From: a phage
Sequence record: PX880102.1
Length of the DNA stretch: 64,000 nucleotides
Reading direction: 5' to 3' (one strand)
The position numbers and the translations under genes were made by a program. Each line of letters begins with the position of its first letter. Positions within the stretch are counted from its first letter, which is position 1. Below are positions 1 through 10,007 of this stretch, one piece after another. The notes under the pieces were generated by a model. That model saw nothing but the letters and a program-made list of their open reading frames with translations, ran no database searches and was not told where the DNA came from.

Positions 1-311
1 CGAGGAACAGCAGCCATCAGATAATTAAAATGGGCTTCATCGCTTAAACCTGATCCAATTAAATTCATAGCATATACAGCTGGCATGCATTCAGGAAATT
101 GTGATAATGCATTCTCAACCATGTATTTTGAATAATCTTTTTGAGCAATAGAGCATTTAGTTTTATTATTAATAGCTCCAATTATTTCAAAAAATTCATT
201 TTCAGCTTTTTCCTTAAAAGAATCAGCAGCAGATTGGACAGCTGTCCAATCTTTTGAATACCAAGCGACTTGATGCTCGTTTAATTGAATATCATCTTCA
301 AATAAGCTCAT
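1..311 (-). CDS. 62: clamp-loader small subunit gp62, 5' portion (gene runs off window start)
   Basis: Minus-strand ATG at 311 translates [26 protein letters not shown]..., recalled T4 gp62 N-terminus; lies 2 nt after gene 44 stop. Confidence 0.8.
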   Translation of the reverse strand, partial: MSLFEDDIQLNEHQVAWYSKDWTAVQSAADSFKEKAENEFFEIIGAINNKTKCSIAQKDYSKYMVENALSQFPECMPAVYAMNLIGSGLSDEAHFNYLMAAVP

Positions 312-312
312 A

Positions 313-1272
313 TCACTTCCACTGCATTTCGCATGCTAATTGAATGAAAAGATATGCTAAATGTAATTCCGTATTAGCCGCAATTCCGTGATACTGGTTA
401 TTTTCACCAACAATTTCATACATACGAATAATACTTTGCGGAGTTACGCGTGTATAGATTTCTTCGGCAAGTTTACCTACGAACCACGAATAATCAGCTG
501 CATATTTTGGCGCTAAAGCTCTAAGCTGTTTAACATCTTTATTTTTGAGAGATTCAAGAACATCATCAATAGCACCACGATCGTTAGTAACCAGTGATAA
601 AATACCAGCATCCAAAACACCTTTAGATGAATAACTATCGAGCTCACCAATAGTTTTACGAAAATCAGGAAAATTCTTTTTAACCAAAGCTGCTACAACT
701 TTCATATCAGCTATAGCAATTCCTTCATGCTTGCAGATTTCAGTCAATCGACGAATCATCTGCTTCATCATTTCAATTTTATCTTCATCGGTCGGTTGAC
801 CGAATGTAATAACTCGGCAGCGTGACTGAAGCGGTTTAATAATACCATCAATATTGTTAGCAGTAATAATAATACTACAGTTTGAACTATAAGCTTCCAT
901 AAAGGAACGAAGATGTCGCTGAGACTCTGCTAACCCTGAGCGGTCAAATTCATCAATAACAATTACTTTTTGACGACCATCAAATGAAGCTGCACTAGCA
1001 AAATTAGTCAAAGGACCGCGAACGAAATCAATTTTACAGTCTGATCCATTCACAAACATCATATCAGCATTTACATCATGACACAATGCTTTTGCTACAG
1101 TTGTTTTACCTGTTCCTGGAGAAGGAGAATGAAGAATAATATGTGGAATTTTACCTTTACTTGTAATAGATTTAAAGGTTTCTTTATCAAAGGCGGGAAG
1201 AATACATTCATCGATAGTAGATGGACGATATTTCTGTTCAAGAATGTGTTCTTTTTCATTTACAGTAATCAT
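313..1272 (-). CDS. 44: clamp-loader large subunit gp44 (AAA+ ATPase)
   Basis: 319 aa from ATG at 1272 (track start is upstream TTG); Walker A GTGKTT; RBS GAGGAA; matches recalled T4 gp44. Confidence 0.93.
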   Translation of the reverse strand: MITVNEKEHILEQKYRPSTIDECILPAFDKETFKSITSKGKIPHIILHSPSPGTGKTTVAKALCHDVNADMMFVNGSDCKIDFVRGPLTNFASAASFDGRQKVIVIDEFDRSGLAESQRHLRSFMEAYSSNCSIIITANNIDGIIKPLQSRCRVITFGQPTDEDKIEMMKQMIRRLTEICKHEGIAIADMKVVAALVKKNFPDFRKTIGELDSYSSKGVLDAGILSLVTNDRGAIDDVLESLKNKDVKQLRALAPKYAADYSWFVGKLAEEIYTRVTPQSIIRMYEIVGENNQYHGIAANTELHLAYLFIQLACEMQWK

Positions 1273-1302
1273 AATTTCCTCATTCAAGTTTTAGTGTAAA
1301 TT

Positions 1303-1320
1303 TAAGGGCCGAAGCCCTTT
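1303..1320 (-). promoter_or_regulatory. intercistronic RNA stem-loop (UUCG tetraloop on transcript) between genes 45 and 44
   Basis: AAGGGC-CGAA-GCCCTT palindrome; no U-run follows, so more likely a stabilising/processing hairpin than a terminator. Confidence 0.45.
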
Positions 1321-1321
1321 A

Positions 1322-2008
1322 TTAAAAATCGTGGGTAGAATCAGCTTCAAGAGCTACTACATAATTCGCGTGTTCACCTTCAAATTTAGCAGCACCCTGT
1401 TTACCTTTTGCCCAAAGCAGAAGTTTGTAATTTCCTGGTTGCATTTTCATATTTGCCATATTGATAATGAAATTAAATGTATTTTCACCATCATAATCAC
1501 CAAGAGTCAAAGAATATTTAACGCGGGTCAAAGCAGAATCTTCTACTTTATTAAAACCGTTAATTACGATTTTACCTTCTTTTACTGTGATAGCAATTGT
1601 ATCAATCTGCAGACCGCGAGATACACGCAACAGCTGCTGAAGGTCTTCAGCTTTAATTTCAGTAACAACAGATGCTACCGGGAATGGAATTGGTTTATTA
1701 GGAGCAACTACTGTGCTCGGATCGGCTGCTGGCCAAAAAATTGTTGAACGAGCATCAGCAATTTTAATATTTCCATCTTCTGACTGGGAAATTTCTGCAT
1801 CGTCATTAACTAGAGACAGAATACCGAGAAAACCGTTCAAATCGTAAATTGCTACATCAAAATCAATAGTGTCAGAAATATTTGCTTCCGCATAAGTTGT
1901 ACCATTAACTGCGCGAGTCATAATAAATTGACCAGATTTAAGCATAATGCCAGAGTTAATAGTAGCGAAATTTTTAAGCAGAGCAGTAGTATCTTTAGAC
2001 AGTTTCAT
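1322..2008 (-). CDS. 45: sliding clamp gp45
   Basis: 228 aa, ATG start, RBS GAAGGAAA; sequence matches recalled T4 gp45. Confidence 0.93.
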   Translation of the reverse strand: MKLSKDTTALLKNFATINSGIMLKSGQFIMTRAVNGTTYAEANISDTIDFDVAIYDLNGFLGILSLVNDDAEISQSEDGNIKIADARSTIFWPAADPSTVVAPNKPIPFPVASVVTEIKAEDLQQLLRVSRGLQIDTIAITVKEGKIVINGFNKVEDSALTRVKYSLTLGDYDGENTFNFIINMANMKMQPGNYKLLLWAKGKQGAAKFEGEHANYVVALEADSTHDF

Positions 2009-2035
2009 GTAATTTCCTTCAATTCAAATGAGATT

Positions 2036-2062
2036 TAATTTTATAACTAATTTAATAAAGCA
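2036..2062 (-). promoter_or_regulatory. MotA-dependent middle promoter upstream of gene 45
   Basis: MotA box TGCTTTA, 12-nt spacer, -10 TAAAAT on minus strand. Confidence 0.5.
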
Positions 2063-2063
2063 A

Positions 2064-2453
2064 TTAACGATTAAAATCGGCAGCAATTGTTTCCGCAACA
2101 ATTTGAGCAGCAACAATTAGACGTTCATCTGCATTGCCACAATAATCGTCTTCAAGGCGTTCACCACATGAAGTCATAATAAATTTAGCACCAGCATTTA
2201 AAGATTCTGTCGTATGTTTGCGCATTAGTTCAATCCATTTATTACTTACTTCACGATCGATAGCTTCATAATACGCATGACGAGCAGGTGCAGATTTAAT
2301 TTTGTTCTGAATAACTTCCATCGCGTTATCAGAAAGAGACAAAACCCATGCTCGACGAATTTTATTTTGGTTTTGTGGATTTGATTCAGAACGCACGTGT
2401 TTTGGCTGAATATCTTTTACATCAACAGTATAATTCACAGTAATTTTAGTCAT
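2064..2453 (-). CDS. rpbA: RNA polymerase-binding protein RpbA
   Basis: 129 aa, ATG start; position and length as T4 rpbA. Confidence 0.8.
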
Positions 2454-2462
2454 AATACACCT

Positions 2463-2651
2463 TTAGTCATAATAATCAGTAACAGTCCAAGCTTCATTTC
2501 TGTTGGACATTATTTTCGTATATTCTGCTTTAAATGCATTCTTAAGCATAGATTCAGTAACTATATGCTCTTCATTAGAAAAATTATTTCTCAGAATATA
2601 TCGTTTTATTTCAGGAATAGTTAATAGATGCTGTCCAGTTGAATATTCCAT
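2463..2651 (-). CDS. hypothetical protein (45.2-like)
   Basis: 62 aa ORF, ATG with GGAGGAAAAAC RBS. Confidence 0.7.
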   Translation of the reverse strand: MEYSTGQHLLTIPEIKRYILRNNFSNEEHIVTESMLKNAFKAEYTKIMSNRNEAWTVTDYYD

Positions 2652-2706
2652 GTTTTTCCTCCATAGAGATTATACTCTAATAAATTAAAGCATAATCTCT
2701 TATAAA

Positions 2707-4389
2707 TTAAACCATTACAGTAAATCGACCAACTTTCTTCATTTGAAGATGCTGACCATATTCTTGTGGGTCATGGTCTTTATGCGAAATTATAAAAACA
2801 TTAGTATTTTTCATTGAATTTATAATATTAGCTACACCTTTAATACCTTCGGAATCAAATGACCCATCAAACACTTCATCAAGAATTAATGTACTAATAC
2901 TAACACCAGATACGATAGAAGCAATATCACGCCAAGTAAATAAAAGAGCAATATCGATTCGTGCTTTTTCACCTTCACTAAATGAAGCATAACTAAAATC
3001 TTCACGACCGCGGGATTTAATTGTCTCATTAAATTCTTCATCTAATGTAAACACATAATCCGCTTCCATTATTTTAAGATAATGGTTAATCTGCTTATTA
3101 AATAATGGAATGTACTTTTTAATAATAGCACCTTTAATACCAGAATCTTTGAGCATATCAGTCAAAATTCCTCTGTGGTATTTTTCCATTACTAAATTAG
3201 TTTTTGTCTTAACAATTTTATCAAGTTCTTCTTGAAGCAGTGCTATTTCATCAGCATGGTCAATAAACTCAGATGATGCTTTTTCTATAGCTGCTTTAAC
3301 TTTTTTAGCTTTATCTACCGTCGTGATTAGAGATTGCTTTTTATTGCGAATATCATTTGCCAACGACTGTTGGGTTTTAATATTATCTCGGTATTCATCA
3401 ACAAGAACTTTTAAATTATCACGATGTGTTGAAAGCTGTTCAAACGAATGCGTACATTCAGAAACTTTATCTTTAATTTTAGAAACAACTTTATCACCGG
3501 AACTTAATTGTGACAAACAGGTTGGACATAATCCACCTTCGTGATACATATTAATGACTTTATTATACGAGTCAATTTTTGATTTAATTAAAAATGCTTC
3601 TTGACCGATTTTATTAAATGCATCAGTCGGGTCTTCATCCAAAACAATATTAACTAATCTTTCATTAGCTTCTTCTATTTCCGATTTTAGCGTTCTAGCT
3701 TCTTTTGCCAAATCATCATACATATTCTGTAGACGAGTAAGGTTATCACCAGTTAATTTTTTCTGGCGTTCAACGTTATCATTATATATTTTAATTTGTT
3801 GGATAATACTATCTTTTTTAACATCAAGCACTTGGTTTTGTGAATTTAATTCACGTATTAGTGCTTTATTAAGCTTATCCATTTCAGCTAATGTTCCTAC
3901 CTCGAGCAGGTCTTCCACAAGCTTTCTTCGTGCAGGGGTCGACAAACCCATGAAAGGGGTATACCCTGCTGTACCAAGGACAACAATCTGCTTGAAACTG
4001 GCATATGACATTCCGATAAGCTGTTCAAATTCTGCTTGGAAATCTTTACTGCTGGCAGATTCATTAAGACGTGTACCGTTAACGGTGATTTCGAAAACGT
4101 TTGGTTTTTGTCCTCTTTTGATATAGTACTTTTTCTCATCATATTCCATCCACAGTTCAACTAAAAGTTCTTTCTTATTTGTGCTGTTTATTAATTGACC
4201 TTTCTTTACATCACGAAATGGCTTGCCAAAAAGCCCAAATGTGATGGCTTCTAACATAGTAGACTTACCACCGCCATTTCGTCCAGTAATAAGAGTTTTT
4301 TGAACCTTATCTAATTGAATGTCAATAGGATTTCCACCTACTGACATTATATTTTGATACCTAACTCGGTTTAATTTAAAATTCTTCAC
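2707..4389 (-). CDS. 46: recombination endonuclease subunit gp46 (SbcC/Rad50-like ATPase)
   Basis: 560 aa; Walker A GRNGGGKST; long coiled coil; GTG start overlapping upstream stop (GTGA). Confidence 0.9.
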   Translation of the reverse strand: MKNFKLNRVRYQNIMSVGGNPIDIQLDKVQKTLITGRNGGGKSTMLEAITFGLFGKPFRDVKKGQLINSTNKKELLVELWMEYDEKKYYIKRGQKPNVFEITVNGTRLNESASSKDFQAEFEQLIGMSYASFKQIVVLGTAGYTPFMGLSTPARRKLVEDLLEVGTLAEMDKLNKALIRELNSQNQVLDVKKDSIIQQIKIYNDNVERQKKLTGDNLTRLQNMYDDLAKEARTLKSEIEEANERLVNIVLDEDPTDAFNKIGQEAFLIKSKIDSYNKVINMYHEGGLCPTCLSQLSSGDKVVSKIKDKVSECTHSFEQLSTHRDNLKVLVDEYRDNIKTQQSLANDIRNKKQSLITTVDKAKKVKAAIEKASSEFIDHADEIALLQEELDKIVKTKTNLVMEKYHRGILTDMLKDSGIKGAIIKKYIPLFNKQINHYLKIMEADYVFTLDEEFNETIKSRGREDFSYASFSEGEKARIDIALLFTWRDIASIVSGVSISTLILDEVFDGSFDSEGIKGVANIINSMKNTNVFIISHKDHDPQEYGQHLQMKKVGRFTVMV

Positions 4390-4601
4390 AAAAGATTCCT
4401 TTTAATGTATCTTTTAGACCATTCTATCATATCATCATAATCTAAAAAGTATTCATCAAATTCAGCCATGCAAACAACGCCTTGTGCTGTTTTTGATGTA
4501 ATATAAATTATTCCAACATATCTAGAATCTTCTTCGGTGTAATCAATATTTGCTATGAATTCATCGTTAATGTCAAATGTCGAAAACTTCACAGTATGCA
4601 T
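4386..4601 (-). CDS. hypothetical protein (46.1-like)
   Basis: Track ORF begins at ATT; in-frame ATG at 4601 with AAGG RBS gives 71 aa; start uncertain. Confidence 0.5.
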   Translation of the reverse strand: MHTVKFSTFDINDEFIANIDYTEEDSRYVGIIYITSKTAQGVVCMAEFDEYFLDYDDMIEWSKRYIKRNLL

Positions 4602-4836
4602 CCTTAATACAAGATACAGCCATATCTTGTAATGATTTAGGTGTATCATTATCTAAAATGTTGAAGTTAAAAGATACAGCCCAGTCAGTGCAGACCGTAA
4701 CCTTTTTAATACAATTATCTTCAACCTCTAGCGGTTCAAACCAATATTCAATAATTTCTTTATGCCCAATATCATCTTTTACTTCGCATTCAAAATGCTG
4801 ACTCATCATAACATTTTTAAATTCATCAAAAGTCAT
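4573..4836 (-). CDS. hypothetical protein (46.2-like)
   Basis: 87 aa; ATG overlaps gene 47 stop (ATGA). Confidence 0.6.
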   Translation of the reverse strand: MTFDEFKNVMMSQHFECEVKDDIGHKEIIEYWFEPLEVEDNCIKKVTVCTDWAVSFNFNILDNDTPKSLQDMAVSCIKDAYCEVFDI

Positions 4837-5852
4837 TGTGTTGCCTCTACATATAACTGATTTGCATATTGAATAAGTGCTTCACGGTCAGAATCAGTGA
4901 TGTCTGGAATTGCATTAATGTATTCTTCCATCAACGTCTGAAGCGATTGAACTTCAACTTCTTCACTGTCATCTGACTCGACAGAGTTATCAATCTTTGA
5001 CACAACTCGTAATGAATGCACAACTTTTTCTAGTTCAGATTCGAACTTCGTCAGATTTTTGTCTACTTCAGTTACTATAACACGTACTGATAGATTTGTA
5101 AAATCTTTATAGTCAATTTTTCCTTTAAATGGATAATGAATTCTACGATGCCAGGTAGTATTATTTGGAATAAATTCCATTCGTTCTGTTTCTGTATCAA
5201 ACATCCAGAACCCACGAGGGTCATTCTCGTCACCTGCAGTTAGTGTCCATGGTGTCCCAATATATCTGACGTTTGCAGCCTCAGAAATAGTATGGAAGTG
5301 ACCAGACCACACTTCTTTATAAGTCTTAAGGAAATCAGGTTCAAGACCGTGAGATTTCATTCCTTTATAAAAATAAAATCCATTCAGTTCCCAGTGACCA
5401 ACACAAAAAGAAGCAGATGAAGTTTTGATGTGCTCAAGAATTTCACCAGTATTTTCTTCGCACATCCAAGGAATTAAATCAATTAAACATCCGTCAAAAT
5501 CTACTGTAGTAGGCTTATCATATACTTTAACATTAGGATATTTAGCCAAAAGCTCAGTAGAGGCATTTGGAGTTAAAGTATTTTTAAAATGCATATCATG
5601 GTTTCCTACAACAGTATGTAGGGTAATACCAGCATCATCAAGCATTTGAACTATTTCACGAGCAAACTCCATAGTTTTATGCGTAATTGCTTTTCGCACA
5701 TCAAAAATATCGCCGTATTGAATCCAGGTAGTAATTCCATTTTTCTTAGAATATTCTATCGCTTGCTTAATTCCATCCAACTGAATGGATTGAACCCATT
5801 CATCATCGGCTTTAACGCCTAAATGCCAATCACCTAAATTTAAAATTTTCAT
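4833..5852 (-). CDS. 47: recombination endonuclease subunit gp47 (SbcD/Mre11-like phosphoesterase)
   Basis: 339 aa; metallophosphoesterase motifs (GDWH, GNHD); ATG start. Confidence 0.93.
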   Translation of the reverse strand: MKILNLGDWHLGVKADDEWVQSIQLDGIKQAIEYSKKNGITTWIQYGDIFDVRKAITHKTMEFAREIVQMLDDAGITLHTVVGNHDMHFKNTLTPNASTELLAKYPNVKVYDKPTTVDFDGCLIDLIPWMCEENTGEILEHIKTSSASFCVGHWELNGFYFYKGMKSHGLEPDFLKTYKEVWSGHFHTISEAANVRYIGTPWTLTAGDENDPRGFWMFDTETERMEFIPNNTTWHRRIHYPFKGKIDYKDFTNLSVRVIVTEVDKNLTKFESELEKVVHSLRVVSKIDNSVESDDSEEVEVQSLQTLMEEYINAIPDITDSDREALIQYANQLYVEATQ

Positions 5853-5989
5853 ATATCAAAAACCGTCATTGAAATGCAAAATAAAATTATTGAAATAAAT
5901 CCATCTGGAGTGCTAAAGAACCCAATCCAACATGCTCTAGTGAATAGATAAAATGCGAGAAAAAGTATCACATATCCAAGAAATATCAT
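5849..5989 (-). CDS. small hydrophobic peptide (46 aa), below ORF-track threshold
   Basis: Own translation MIFLGYVILFLAFYLFTRACWIGFFSTPDGFISIILFCISMTVFDI; stop overlaps gene 47 ATG (ATGA). Confidence 0.45.
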   Translation of the reverse strand: MIFLGYVILFLAFYLFTRACWIGFFSTPDGFISIILFCISMTVFDI

Positions 5990-6012
5990 TATATCAAACT
6001 CCGTATAAAGCT

Positions 6013-6030
6013 AAAGGGCCGAAGCCCTTT
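6013..6030 (-). terminator. UUCG-tetraloop hairpin at the a-gt stop codon
   Basis: AAAGGGC-CGAA-GCCCTTT palindrome overlapping TAA of a-gt. Confidence 0.5.
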
Positions 6031-7231
6031 ATTTTGTAATAATGTCAAACTGTTCTTTAAAGCAGAAGCTTGAATCTTGATGCTGATACAAAAATTCATA
6101 TGCTTTTTCTCGCTCACGGTCATAAAGAGCTCGGTCAGATGACAGTTCTTTAATACGTTCAAATGTTGATTCCATGTCATTTTCATCAAACCAAATGATA
6201 CCGCTATCATGCGAGGTCAAAGGAGTATTATCAACACGGAATTTTAAATTTTCGCCAGTAGATTTCCAAAATACCGGAATTGTTCCACATGCACCAAGCT
6301 CGAGATGAGTATATTCTAAAGAGCGCTGTAGATATTTTTTATCCAACTTACTCAGCTGATAACCAAAACCGGATTTACTCATACGTTCAAGCATTTCGCT
6401 ATTTACATAACGGTCAAGAATTTGCGTTGGCAAATTAGGAGCAATTTTAATTTGGTCTACTTGATGAAGACGATAATACTCGTATGGAATTCCTTTTTCA
6501 TTAATAGGAATGAACGCTGGAGAACGTTCCAGACCTTCCATAATAGTACTTAGCCCAACAGGTTTAAGATGTTTTTCGTGAAAATCAAACATCTGATAAA
6601 AACCTTTCCATGTAGTCGTACGACCAATCCAACGGTTGACATTCATGTTAATTTCAGAAACATCTTTCCAGTAGGTTGATCGAACCTTCGCAATATCCAT
6701 AGGAGGCTGAAAGTTGTATACAGTCGGTGCTTCTTCAATATCATCAAACAGAGAAACTGTTTCTGGATACCATTCTTTCATCAGAACTTTATTAAAATCG
6801 CCATTATCAGAATGACTAAAAATAACATCAGCTCGACGAACAGTTTCTTCTAATCCCAAATTTCGGCGCAAAGAAAGAGAAGAATGGTCATGTTGATAAA
6901 CTACAACACGAACCGAAGGTTTAATGTTATCAATAATTTTTTTATAGTTATTAATAGTGTCTTCTTCAACTGAAGTAGCAGGAACTGAATTGATAATTAG
7001 AATATCACAATCATTTACCAGCTTAAGTGTTTTATCGTATTCTTTTGCCAATAAAACCGGAATTGAAAATGATTTATAATCATGCGCACAGTTACGAGTA
7101 AATGATTTATCTTTAGCATAAACCAAAGTTACTTCATGACCATTTTTAATAAACCAATCACGTTGCTCAAGAGAAAATTTAGTTACACCACAACCTTCAA
7201 GACCTCGAGCCATAAAAATACATACTTTCAT
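6029..7231 (-). CDS. a-gt: DNA alpha-glucosyltransferase
   Basis: 400 aa; N-terminus CIFMARGLEGCGVTKFSLEQRDWF as recalled for T4 a-gt. Confidence 0.9.
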   Translation of the reverse strand: MKVCIFMARGLEGCGVTKFSLEQRDWFIKNGHEVTLVYAKDKSFTRNCAHDYKSFSIPVLLAKEYDKTLKLVNDCDILIINSVPATSVEEDTINNYKKIIDNIKPSVRVVVYQHDHSSLSLRRNLGLEETVRRADVIFSHSDNGDFNKVLMKEWYPETVSLFDDIEEAPTVYNFQPPMDIAKVRSTYWKDVSEINMNVNRWIGRTTTWKGFYQMFDFHEKHLKPVGLSTIMEGLERSPAFIPINEKGIPYEYYRLHQVDQIKIAPNLPTQILDRYVNSEMLERMSKSGFGYQLSKLDKKYLQRSLEYTHLELGACGTIPVFWKSTGENLKFRVDNTPLTSHDSGIIWFDENDMESTFERIKELSSDRALYDREREKAYEFLYQHQDSSFCFKEQFDIITK

Positions 7232-7255
7232 TTAATATCCTCATTGTTTTGGTTT

Positions 7256-7279
7256 ATTTTACCAAAAATTTATAAAGCA
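7256..7279 (-). promoter_or_regulatory. MotA-dependent middle promoter upstream of a-gt
   Basis: TGCTTTA box, 11-nt spacer, TAAAAT on minus strand. Confidence 0.45.
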
Positions 7280-7283
7280 ATAT

Positions 7284-7299
7284 AGGAGCCGAAGCTCCT
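7284..7299 (-). terminator. UUCG-tetraloop hairpin
   Basis: GGAGC-CGAA-GCTCC overlapping stop of the 57-aa ORF. Confidence 0.45.
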
Positions 7300-7471
7300 A
7301 TCCGCATAATACGCCATACAGAGGCTCATTAGAACTTTTAAATTTTATGCGCTTATATTTTATAGTTCCTTCTGCTTTAGCTTTATCATGAGACTCTTTA
7401 AAGAGTCTCATCATTTCCTCTTTAGAGGAACGAATTTTATTATAATCTATTTCAGAAGTCTGGGTGTTCAT
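7298..7471 (-). CDS. small basic protein (57 aa), below ORF-track threshold
   Basis: Own translation MNTQTSEIDYNKIRSSKEEMMRLFKESHDKAKAEG...; weak RBS; ends in hairpin. Confidence 0.4.
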   Translation of the reverse strand: MNTQTSEIDYNKIRSSKEEMMRLFKESHDKAKAEGTIKYKRIKFKSSNEPLYGVLCG

Positions 7472-7474
7472 CTT

Positions 7475-7678
7475 TCATAACTGCCACCATTTTTTAACTT
7501 GATAAGAATCAACCCACACTTTCATATTAGGGTCTGCTCTTACAATAGGAGGATTAACTTCTTTAATTGAACTATCATGGTATTCTTTTTCAGAAATTTT
7601 CACACAAAGATGACCATTCAAAGATTCAGTAAATCCTGCATTAATTTTAAGACGCTTGAATTTTACGTGTGTAAGCAT
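7475..7678 (-). CDS. hypothetical protein
   Basis: Track start is TTG; ATG at 7678 gives 67 aa. Confidence 0.5.
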   Translation of the reverse strand: MLTHVKFKRLKINAGFTESLNGHLCVKISEKEYHDSSIKEVNPPIVRADPNMKVWVDSYQVKKWWQL

Positions 7679-7964
7679 CAATCATATCCTCAATCTGCGA
7701 TCTAGTAGTCTTCCAAAGAATACTGATGAGTTCATCGTTATATGGCTGTTTTAGAATATCCCGACTTTTCTTGATAGCATATTCGTATTGAGCAAAATTA
7801 TTATTTTCAGCTGCAATCTGAGCGTGCTTATAAAGACGATTCAGTTCGCGTTTGTTTTTAGACAATAACTTATTTGCTTTTCTTTCTGCTTCAAGACGGT
7901 TCTTTTCTTCAATAGAAGAAATAAGCTTTTCCACTTCATCATTAATTTCGGGTTTATCAGTCAT
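7647..7964 (-). CDS. hypothetical coiled-coil protein
   Basis: 105 aa, ATG start. Confidence 0.6.
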   Translation of the reverse strand: MTDKPEINDEVEKLISSIEEKNRLEAERKANKLLSKNKRELNRLYKHAQIAAENNNFAQYEYAIKKSRDILKQPYNDELISILWKTTRSQIEDMIDAYTRKIQAS

Positions 7965-7965
7965 A

Positions 7966-8184
7966 TTATTTCTCTAATATAAAATAAAAATCATCATCTG
8001 TTAAATGATACCGATAGTTTAATTCTACACCATTAGATTTAAAAGCGGTATCATACGGATTTTCTGGATCAATATCAATGTCAAGAGCTAAAACTTCCCT
8101 GAGATACATTTTAAGTAAATAGGGAATAGCTTCAACTTCAGGTATTTCTTCCAAGAATCCGGAGAGGTTAATCGTTAGCCTCAT
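7966..8184 (-). CDS. hypothetical protein
   Basis: 72 aa, ATG start, 17-nt overlap with gene 55. Confidence 0.55.
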
Positions 8185-8725
8185 ATAAAAAATCCAAACT
8201 AGGAGAATCGTCTACAACACTTTTCTTTTCAGCCCCCGGTGTTCTATAGGTTGATTCTTCGTAATGCGTCATTTTATCGTAGATGTCTTGAATAAAAGTT
8301 TCATCTACTAACGCAACCATATCGTCGTCACGACTGTCATAGACATTGTGAACGAAGTAACTATATTTCTTTGCAACTTCCTTACGTTCTTTTTTAATAC
8401 GTTGGACGAATGCATTAAAACAAGCTTGAGTTATATACGCATGTGGGTTTTTATATTTCGTTTCATCAAAATTATGAAGCCCCTTAATAGAAGCTTCTAT
8501 ACCATCTGCAATCATTTCTTGTTTCCAAGACTGGGTGTATCCTGAAAAGTTGAAACGTTTAGATAAGCCTTCTGCAATAAGCATAATGGCTAATCCGATA
8601 GTATCATTTTGACGAACTACTTTATTTGGGTCTTTATTATTTGCTAATTCTGTTTTCCAATCAATAATAGCTTGTAAAAGCTCTTTATTGTTTACGTAAT
8701 TATATTTAGGCTTAGTTTCTGACAT
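8168..8725 (-). CDS. 55: late-transcription sigma factor gp55
   Basis: 185 aa from ATG at 8725 (track start is GTG 6 nt upstream); [23 protein letters not shown] as recalled for T4 gp55. Confidence 0.92.
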
Positions 8726-8757
8726 TTTCACCTCTTAGCTCAATTCATAGATCTATT

Positions 8758-8790
8758 ATATCATAATATTTGAAGATCTATCTTAAAGCA
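8758..8790 (-). promoter_or_regulatory. candidate MotA-dependent middle promoter upstream of gene 55
   Basis: TGCTTTA box followed by A/T-rich -10 candidates (TATTAT / GATATAAT). Confidence 0.4.
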
Positions 8791-8803
8791 TAGAGGATAT
8801 CAG

Positions 8804-9073
8804 TTATCTAAGTAAGCAGTATGCTTGGAACACTTTCTCCATCATCTTTTTAAATTCATGAATATCTATATAATGACTAGTTAAATCAGCATGATATAAA
8901 AAGTCTAAAAACTTTTCATGTGTGCTAACATATTCACTTTCATTTAATTCAGAAACATGACTTTCCCAATATCCAACACCAGTCTTATTTGGGAAAAATG
9001 AAATTTTCATGTATTGGTCAACATAGAAAATGCCATAATTTTCAATAGTAATAGAAATATTAATAAATTTCAT
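8804..9073 (-). CDS. hypothetical protein
   Basis: 89 aa, ATG start. Confidence 0.6.
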   Translation of the reverse strand: MKFINISITIENYGIFYVDQYMKISFFPNKTGVGYWESHVSELNESEYVSTHEKFLDFLYHADLTSHYIDIHEFKKMMEKVFQAYCLLR

Positions 9074-9291
9074 ACATTCATCAACTTAGCCGCTTCAAGA
9101 GCTGCATCTAGTGAATCAAATTGATCAACATATTCAATCAATTCGCCATAATTGGCATATAACCACCATTGGCTAAATTCATACTCAAGGATGAATCCGT
9201 TTCCTTCAATTTGAGTTAAACCAATGCCATTTGTATTTACTTCATATCCGGCAAGACGCAAATCGTTAATAAGAGCTTCGTTCATATTCAT
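9070..9291 (-). CDS. hypothetical protein
   Basis: 73 aa, ATG start, 4-nt overlap with neighbour. Confidence 0.6.
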   Translation of the reverse strand: MNMNEALINDLRLAGYEVNTNGIGLTQIEGNGFILEYEFSQWWLYANYGELIEYVDQFDSLDAALEAAKLMNV

Positions 9292-9614
9292 ACCTTAGCA
9301 ATTTTCAGGTCTGCAAATTTTTTCTTGCGTTGATTTTTCATGCGACGAATAGTTTTATCGGAAATTTCATGCTTTTGATAAGCTTTAGATTCTACACCAA
9401 AAACTTTAACATCAAATTCTGACAAGATATATTGAACCAACAATTCACGGACAGTATTGCGTCCAATCTTCTGATCATTCTGTTTCATCGTCTGATGAAG
9501 CTCTTTTTCCCATTTATCCAAAATTTGAGGAGTTACAATATCGTCTTTTTCTAGCAAAGAAACTACTTTATCATATGCATAAGAATTGATGGCGTTTTTA
9601 ATTTGAATAGTCAT
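9288..9614 (-). CDS. hypothetical protein
   Basis: 108 aa, ATG start. Confidence 0.6.
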   Translation of the reverse strand: MTIQIKNAINSYAYDKVVSLLEKDDIVTPQILDKWEKELHQTMKQNDQKIGRNTVRELLVQYILSEFDVKVFGVESKAYQKHEISDKTIRRMKNQRKKKFADLKIAKV

Positions 9615-9652
9615 ACATTATCCTCAATTACATTAAAATTTTATTATCCAAA

Positions 9653-9670
9653 AAAGGGCCGAAGCCCTTA
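9653..9670 (-). terminator. UUCG-tetraloop hairpin
   Basis: AAGGGC-CGAA-GCCCTT overlapping stop of downstream ORF. Confidence 0.45.
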
Positions 9671-9868
9671 GCTAAACTTTTTGGCACCCTTCCAGCCTTC
9701 GTACATCATTGCGGCTGATATTAATATTGCTCCTGAGCAACTTGAATATTTGTGATTCCAAAACCAGTTTAGAAAAACTTCGTCATCAATACCTTGGGCT
9801 ATCATATTTTCAAAGAACTGACGACGAGCTTCAGCAATTCGTTGCGATAATTTAGATTCAGGATTCAT
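9668..9868 (-). CDS. hypothetical protein
   Basis: 66 aa, ATG start. Confidence 0.55.
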   Translation of the reverse strand: MNPESKLSQRIAEARRQFFENMIAQGIDDEVFLNWFWNHKYSSCSGAILISAAMMYEGWKGAKKFS

Positions 9869-10000
9869 TTAAATTTTCCAGTTACCATTTTCATCAATAA
9901 ATTTAATCCAGTCATTTACTGACCACTTAGTCGTATCGCCTTTTGGAGCAACATTTAAAGTGTATAATCCTTGTTTAAAAAGCATGCGTTTGATATTCAT
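9869..10000 (-). CDS. hypothetical small protein
   Basis: Track start is TTG at 10084; ATG at 10000 with GAGGAAAAT RBS gives 43 aa. Confidence 0.4.
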   Translation of the reverse strand: MNIKRMLFKQGLYTLNVAPKGDTTKWSVNDWIKFIDENGNWKI

Positions 10001-10007
10001 ATTTTCC

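Noticed and set aside
1078-1299. Plus-strand 73-aa ORF
   Set aside because: Lies entirely antisense within gene 44; low-complexity translation; no RBS.
1331-1747. Plus-strand 138-aa ORF
   Set aside because: Antisense to gene 45, which is a well-supported conserved gene.
3897-4160. Minus-strand 87-aa ORF inside gene 46
   Set aside because: Out-of-frame internal ORF of gene 46; no independent start signals.
5989-6210. Minus-strand 73-aa ORF
   Set aside because: Out-of-frame overlap with the a-gt 3' end; the coupled 46-aa peptide gene (5849..5989) explains the start-proximal signals.
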